A DNA stretch of 32,000 bases, taken from positions 30,001 through 62,000 of the forward strand of contig JAIRQE010000004.1 of assembly GCA_031256725.1 (NCBI GenBank), written 5' to 3'. The DNA is from Propionibacteriaceae bacterium (lineage in GTDB: Bacteria; Actinomycetota; Actinomycetes; Propionibacteriales; Propionibacteriaceae). Of this stretch, positions 27,310 to 32,000 are shown piece by piece. Position numbers and translations under genes: made by a program. A model generated the notes under the pieces. That model saw only the letters and a program-made list of their open reading frames with translations, did no database searches and had not been told where the DNA came from. How positions within the stretch are numbered: position 1 is the first letter of the stretch; each line of letters begins with the position of its first letter.

Positions 27310-27468
27310 GTGTCGGATACCTATGAGGGCGAATTCTATTGCGTCAAGTGCAAGGAGAAGCGTACCGCTAGTGGCAATGTTGTGGTCAATGACAAGGGTA
27401 CCCGCATGGCCAAGGGCAAGTGCCCAGTCTGCGGAACGAATCTTAACCGCATCCTCGGCAAAGCCTAA
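27310..27468 (+). CDS. 52-aa four-cysteine zinc-ribbon protein (DUF5679-like)
   Basis: Below the ORF-track size cutoff. A GTG at 27310 is preceded by AGGAGGA. The translation is MSDTYEGEFYCVKCKEKRTASGNVVVNDKGTRMAKGKCPVCGTNLNRILGKA*, with CxxC...CxxC. A very strong terminator follows immediately. Confidence 0.7.
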   Translation: MSDTYEGEFYCVKCKEKRTASGNVVVNDKGTRMAKGKCPVCGTNLNRILGKA

Positions 27469-27480
27469 TAACTTTGATCC

Positions 27481-27524
27481 CATACGGTGGCGGGCTCCAT
27501 ACGGAGTCCGCCACCGTATGTTTT
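27481..27524 (+). terminator. Rho-independent terminator
   Basis: 18-bp stem (one G-U pair): CATACGGTGGCGGGCTCC, loop ATAC, GGAGTCCGCCACCGTATG. It is followed by TTTT. Confidence 0.85.
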
Positions 27525-27598
27525 CGTAGTGTTGTCACTGTGGTGTTTGCTGTGGATATCCGTGACATGGCTCCCGAGACCATGCAACCATGTGAAAT

Positions 27599-28342
27599 GT
27601 GCAGTATCCACGACTCCTGATTCCACGAATCGCTGTATGGCGAACCCCTGAAGATCTCCACCTCGGAGGATCTGATTCACCTGTCATACTTACCTCAGTT
27701 CCAGAGGAATTGGCGACGGTGATTTCTCTTCTTGATGGCTTCCACGGAATGGATGACCTGCTTAAGATCTGTCCTCAACCATGGATCACATGGTTGCTAT
27801 CCACTCTGGATGACCGCGGTCTTCTTGCTGATGGACCTGTTCATTTCCCTCACGTGAACCTTGAGATTCGTGGTCAGGGATCGGTGGTAGAGCAACTCAC
27901 TCACGATCTTGCATCCCTCAAAGGAGATGGCCCACCACTTCAGATCCTCGCTGAACTCACCCAGGAAGTTGACCGGGTTCAGGTTGCCCACCTTGTCGAA
28001 CGTAGGATTCCGCACCTGGTCGTACGAACCACTGACGTGCGGGCCTCAGTAGGACCTCTTGTGATCCCAGGGGTAACCAGTTGCATGACCTGTGGAGATC
28101 TTCATCGCCGTGATCTCGATCCGACCTGGCCGATCCAGGCCTTCCAGTTGAGTAGAATTCAAACCCACCCAAGCGACCATCTCGTTTCTTGGGTTTGCGC
28201 CATGGCTACTGTACATTGTCGTGCCTATGCGCAGGGGCTTATGCCCGAATCGGCACTGACCAGCATAGAAATGAATGCTCACGATGGTCGACAGGTCTAT
28301 AGAAGTTTACCCATCCATCCACAATGCCCGTGCCGTCAATAG
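27599..28342 (+). CDS. Truncated E1/ThiF-like protein with leader-peptide-binding (RRE)-type N-terminus; function unknown
   Basis: 247-aa ORF with a GTG start and no obvious SD. The N-terminus (PRLLIPRIAVWRTPEDLHLGG...LTSVPEELATVISLLDGFHGMDDLL) resembles the start of ocin-ThiF-like/TOMM leader-binding proteins. VGPLVIPGVTSCMTCGDLHRRDLDPTWP resembles the E1-like CxxC region. The glycine loop is degenerate (IRGQGSVV), and a second Cys pair (CPC) sits at the C-terminus. Confidence 0.6.
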   Translation: MQYPRLLIPRIAVWRTPEDLHLGGSDSPVILTSVPEELATVISLLDGFHGMDDLLKICPQPWITWLLSTLDDRGLLADGPVHFPHVNLEIRGQGSVVEQLTHDLASLKGDGPPLQILAELTQEVDRVQVAHLVERRIPHLVVRTTDVRASVGPLVIPGVTSCMTCGDLHRRDLDPTWPIQAFQLSRIQTHPSDHLVSWVCAMATVHCRAYAQGLMPESALTSIEMNAHDGRQVYRSLPIHPQCPCRQ

Positions 28343-28349
28343 TGTGACG

Positions 28350-30305
28350 TCACGCTTCCTGTGTTTTGTTCAAGCGTGATAGAGCCCCCAGAACAGTCTC
28401 ACGATTCGTAGTCATCCACAAAGGCGGCATAGAGGAAACCAGAAATGAACCGTAACGTGCCTTCAGAAGTCGGGAATCCAAAATAGCCACTACGCCTTGA
28501 TCCGTACTTGCACGAATCAGCCTCCCAGTGCCTTGAGCAAGCATCAGTCCAGCATGACTAGCCGCGACCTCCATGAATCCATTCCCTCCGCGACGAGTGA
28601 TGTCTGCTTGTCGAGCTTGAAGGAGGGGCTCATCAGGGCGCGGGAAAGGAATCCGATCCACAATGACGAGGTTACAGGTTTCTCCTGGAGCATCCACTCC
28701 CTGCCACAAGGACATAGTCCCAAAAAGACTGGCCTGCGGATCTGCCCGGAACTTAGAGATGAGATCGGGAAGATGGCCTTCGCCTTGAAGAAAAACCTCA
28801 TGGTCTGAGGAGTCTCTGACAAACTCTGCTGCCCTCTCAGCAGCCCTCATTGACGAGAACAACCCCAAACAGTGCCCATCGGCTGCTTGGACAAGATCAA
28901 GGATCTCCTTCAGAGTTTCTTCACCAATGCCATCCCTACCCGGTGGTGGTAACTGGGTGGCCACATAGCAGATCCCCTGCGACTGGTAATCAAAGGGTGA
29001 ACCCACATCAATGGCCGTGTACTCACAGTCGGGATCTTGGGTACCTACAAGTCCCACTGCATGGGAGATTGGAGAGAAGGAGTCCCCCAGTTTTAGCGTA
29101 GCTGATGTCAGAATCGAGGTTTGATGACTCAAAACACTGTTGCGAATAGCATCAGCAACTCGCAGTGGAGCAACCACGAGTTGGGGTCCGTACTGTGGTC
29201 TCATGGAAACCCAGATCACATCATCCTCATTGCGACCAACAACCCTGTCGCAGATATCGAAAACATCTTTGAGTACATTCGACACCTGCTCCAGCGCTGG
29301 ATCAGTATTATCCTTTCCAACTGCTGAGATTGCCGTACGCAATGATGCGCGTAGATCAGAAACCGCATCCATAACAGGGCCATCGTGAACCCTACCTGGG
29401 TCCACATCCTCCAGGATGTTTGCATATCTCATTGCAGCATCTCTGAGATCATCATGGACACTGTCCTTGATCATGGTTCCTGCCATCCGTACAGCCCGGT
29501 CAACACTTTGGTGGCTTAATTCATCGGTACGTGAGGTGGTCACTCGAGCAGTAAGTTCATGGGCCTCATCAAGAACCAGAAGATCGGGGTTGAGGATAGT
29601 CCACCCATGCCCGGCTTCAATGGCGACGAGTGCATGGTTGGTGACAACGATCTGAGACTCACTGGCACGAGCACGAGCAGCCTGGGCAAAACATTCACCA
29701 ACATAGGGGCACTTGGCTCCCACGCATTCCCGGCCTGAGATTGAGATCTGGGACCATGCTTGAGCTGAATGAGGTGGGGCATCATCTCGGTCGGCGATCC
29801 CACTACTACATGCTTGATCCTCAGCCCAGTTTCTGAGTGCAACGACTTGCTTACCTAGAGAAGATGAAGCATCAACCTGCTCATTATCAGCGAGATCCTC
29901 CAAAGTGTACTGCTGGTCTATGGGGTCCACAGGTGCATCTCTGATCTTCATCAAACATGGATAATTGGATCCGCCTTTGAGAACACACCAAGAGATCTCA
30001 TCCAGCCCAAGTTCCTCAGCACAAGCCATGATTGTGGGAATGTCTTTGCTTGCCAACTGGGATTGCAAGGCCAGTGTTGCTGTTGCAACCACAGCTTGGG
30101 AGCCAGGATTATCGTGAACAAAGGCTACTACTGGAGCAAGATATCCAAGAGATTTTCCTGTACCCGTACCTGCTTGAATCAGAGCGTGATGCTTGGATGA
30201 GATTGAGTCAACAATGGTGGCAACCATCTGCTCTTGGCCTGGGCGTGGTTCACCTGAGATCTGTGCGACTGCATGCGACAGCAGTTGTGTACTCAAGTCA
30301 ACCAT
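28350..30305 (-). CDS. dinG: DinG/XPD-family ATP-dependent DNA helicase with Fe-S cluster domain
   Basis: 651-aa ORF with Walker A AGTGTGKS and a DEAH box (LVLDEAHEL). Four cysteines at residues 117, 194, 199 and 205 lie between them. C-terminal helicase motifs are present (TSATL, GTGRLIR). Confidence 0.85.
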   Translation of the reverse strand: MVDLSTQLLSHAVAQISGEPRPGQEQMVATIVDSISSKHHALIQAGTGTGKSLGYLAPVVAFVHDNPGSQAVVATATLALQSQLASKDIPTIMACAEELGLDEISWCVLKGGSNYPCLMKIRDAPVDPIDQQYTLEDLADNEQVDASSSLGKQVVALRNWAEDQACSSGIADRDDAPPHSAQAWSQISISGRECVGAKCPYVGECFAQAARARASESQIVVTNHALVAIEAGHGWTILNPDLLVLDEAHELTARVTTSRTDELSHQSVDRAVRMAGTMIKDSVHDDLRDAAMRYANILEDVDPGRVHDGPVMDAVSDLRASLRTAISAVGKDNTDPALEQVSNVLKDVFDICDRVVGRNEDDVIWVSMRPQYGPQLVVAPLRVADAIRNSVLSHQTSILTSATLKLGDSFSPISHAVGLVGTQDPDCEYTAIDVGSPFDYQSQGICYVATQLPPPGRDGIGEETLKEILDLVQAADGHCLGLFSSMRAAERAAEFVRDSSDHEVFLQGEGHLPDLISKFRADPQASLFGTMSLWQGVDAPGETCNLVIVDRIPFPRPDEPLLQARQADITRRGGNGFMEVAASHAGLMLAQGTGRLIRASTDQGVVAILDSRLLKARYGSFLVSSMPPLWMTTNRETVLGALSRLNKTQEA

Positions 30306-30352
30306 CGAATCAGTCTATCGAGGCGGGCCGACAGTTCCTGGCAGGCTCGCCC

Positions 30353-31840
30353 TCACTGCGACTTAGGCTGAACCAAGTATGTCTCAAGAAATCCTGACAG
30401 AGTCTTGTTCACATAGGCCACAACTCTCGTACCCTCCTCCGTATGATCCAGGGATTCGACCCGACCATGTCTGTGAATACGATCCAAAAGATCTCCACGA
30501 TCGAAGGGTAGGAGTACCTCCACTCGGTCATCAAGTTCTGGAAGGCGTTCATCAATTCTAGTGAGAAGAGTGTCGATGCCTTCACCTGTACCAACCGAAA
30601 CGAGGATGGCGTCAGGGAATCTACTTCGTAGCTCTACCCGTACCGATTCATCAACGAGATCAATCTTGTTGACTACGATCAACTCAGGGATGCTGGCAGC
30701 CTCAATATCGGCGAGTACCTCTCGTACTGCTGCAATTTGGCCAGCGGGGTCAGGATCAGAACCGTCAACGACGTGAACGAGAAGATCCGCATTCAGCGAC
30801 TCTTCCAAGGTTGAAGCGAAGGATTCCACAAGGTCTGTGGGAAGCCTACGGATGAAACCAACAGTGTCAGTCAGGGTGTACTCTCGGCCAGACGCAGTTT
30901 CAGTTCGCCGAGTTATGGGGTCCAAGGTCGCGAATAGGGAGTTGTCCACAAGAACACTTGCATTCGTCAGTGCATTGAGGAGAGAGGATTTTCCTGCGTT
31001 GGTATACCCAACAATGGCAACTGAGGGAATCTTGCTGCGTACCCGTGAGGCTCTCTTGACCTCTCGTGCGGCTTTCATCTGCTTGAGTTGGGCGCGCAGA
31101 CGAGAGATTCTGGAGGCAATCCTTCGGCGATCCGTTTCAATCTTGGTCTCACCAGGGCCTCGACCACCGATACCTGCACCTGAGGCAGCACGGCCACCAA
31201 CCTGACGCGATAAGCTTGTCCCCCATCCACGTAGACGCTGGCGAAGATAGGTCAATTGGGCCAGCTCGACTTGGGCCTTACCCTCTTTAGATTTCGCGTG
31301 TTGGGCGAAGATGTCAAGGATCAGAGCTGTACGGTCGATGACCTTGACATTGACTCGGTCTTCAAGGTTTCGTAGCTGCGCGGCAGTGAGTTCACCGTCA
31401 CAGATCACAGTGTCAGCCTCAACGTGAGCCACAACCTCAGCCAACTCGGTGACCTTACCTCGACCGAGGAAGGTGGCGGGATCAGGAGTGGATCGTGTCT
31501 GCATGATCGCCGCGAGTACATTAGATCCAGCGGTCTCTGCCAGGAGTTGGAGTTCAGTAAAGGAGCGTTCCACTTCAGCATCTGTGAGTTTGGAACTTCC
31601 GATTCCCACCAGTACAACCCTCTCAAGCCTGAGGGCACGGTATTCAACCTCGGTGATGTCTTGAAGATCAGTACGAATCCCCTCAATTCTCTTAAGGGAG
31701 ATACGGTCAGCTAGATCAGCAGCTCCTTGGTGAAAATCCTCGTCGTAATCATAGGAATCGTCATAGAGATCTGGATCATCGAAATCTTCAGGATCATCCT
31801 CGTACTCCTCATCCTCGAACTCTACAGTCTCATCAGCCAT
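30353..31840 (-). CDS. hflX: GTPase HflX with acidic N-terminal extension
   Basis: 495-aa ORF with G1 GYTNAGKSS, G3 DTVGF and G4 NKID. The HflX N-domain pattern is present (ERVVLVGI...ELAELAETAG-like). GGGGAGGTGAT lies upstream of the ATG. Confidence 0.9.
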   Translation of the reverse strand: MADETVEFEDEEYEDDPEDFDDPDLYDDSYDYDEDFHQGAADLADRISLKRIEGIRTDLQDITEVEYRALRLERVVLVGIGSSKLTDAEVERSFTELQLLAETAGSNVLAAIMQTRSTPDPATFLGRGKVTELAEVVAHVEADTVICDGELTAAQLRNLEDRVNVKVIDRTALILDIFAQHAKSKEGKAQVELAQLTYLRQRLRGWGTSLSRQVGGRAASGAGIGGRGPGETKIETDRRRIASRISRLRAQLKQMKAAREVKRASRVRSKIPSVAIVGYTNAGKSSLLNALTNASVLVDNSLFATLDPITRRTETASGREYTLTDTVGFIRRLPTDLVESFASTLEESLNADLLVHVVDGSDPDPAGQIAAVREVLADIEAASIPELIVVNKIDLVDESVRVELRSRFPDAILVSVGTGEGIDTLLTRIDERLPELDDRVEVLLPFDRGDLLDRIHRHGRVESLDHTEEGTRVVAYVNKTLSGFLETYLVQPKSQ

Positions 31841-32000
31841 GGGGTAGGATCACCTCCCCGCGGGCGATGATGACTGCTGGGCCGATAAGTTGGGCTTCAC
31901 CTTGATCATCGAACTCCACTTTGAGTCGTCCCCCTGGTACATCCACCTTGAACTTGGCCTGACGTAGGGTGTCTGGGTGGTCTGTGGAGGTACGCATCCT
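31833..32000 (-). CDS. dapF: Diaminopimelate epimerase, C-terminal part (5' end beyond the window)
   Basis: Not in the ORF track because it is open at the window edge. Manual translation gives ...RTSTDHPDTLRQAKFKVDVPGGRLKVEFDDQGEAQLIGPAVIIARGEVILPHG*. The PGGxL...GPA...G pattern matches the DapF C-terminus. Its stop overlaps the hflX start, and dapF-hflX adjacency is common in actinobacteria. Confidence 0.65.
   Translation of the reverse strand, partial: RMRTSTDHPDTLRQAKFKVDVPGGRLKVEFDDQGEAQLIGPAVIIARGEVILPHG

Noticed and set aside
30306-30352. Imperfect G+C-rich inverted repeat between hflX and the DinG-like gene as a terminator
   Set aside because: The stem is short with a mismatch and has no U-tract. 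The two genes may simply be co-transcribed.
1-32000. CRISPR arrays, tandem or interspersed repeats, insertion sequences, prophage or known defence-system genes
   Set aside because: Reading the window on both strands, I found no regularly spaced direct repeats and no transposase, integrase or recombinase motifs. The gene content is housekeeping with conserved actinobacterial synteny (dapF-hflX and the UPF0182 cluster).

Overview
This is a gene-dense chromosomal segment of roughly 50% G+C that reads like core actinobacterial genome, not an island. I found no integrase, transposase, phage, CRISPR or recognisable defence genes. From left to right the window contains:
- a five-gene Dpp/Opp-type peptide/nickel ABC importer on the minus strand; its last ATPase gene runs off the window and is missing from the ORF track
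- an initiator tRNA-fMet followed by a perfect 17-bp hairpin
- about 280 bp of G+C-rich broken reading frames
- a membrane pyrophosphatase (hppA) carrying the K+-independent signature
- a CBS-CBS-ACT protein trailing a livK-H-M-G-F branched-chain amino-acid importer
- an ADP-ribosylglycohydrolase
- a yxlE/F/G-like module (PLDc_N mini-protein plus ABC-2 transporter) that abuts the 3' stump of a HAD phosphatase gene
- a YbaK-type deacylase
- a translationally coupled PEBP / GH13 / CoA-Nudix operon
- an M16 peptidase pair
- a conserved but uncharacterised actinobacterial cluster: UPF0182 membrane protein, PDZ-LonC protein, zincin-like protein, a 52-aa zinc-ribbon peptide (not in the ORF track) and a truncated E1/ThiF-like protein with a leader-peptide-binding-type N-terminus
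- a DinG-family Fe-S helicase, hflX and the 3' end of dapF

I do not see a clear-cut novel system. The best lead is the UPF0182-to-E1-like cluster. Both of its protease-like proteins appear to lack canonical catalytic residues, and an orphan RRE/E1-like protein sits next to a small Cys-rich peptide gene. All functional calls rest on motif recognition by eye and need HMM or BLAST confirmation.
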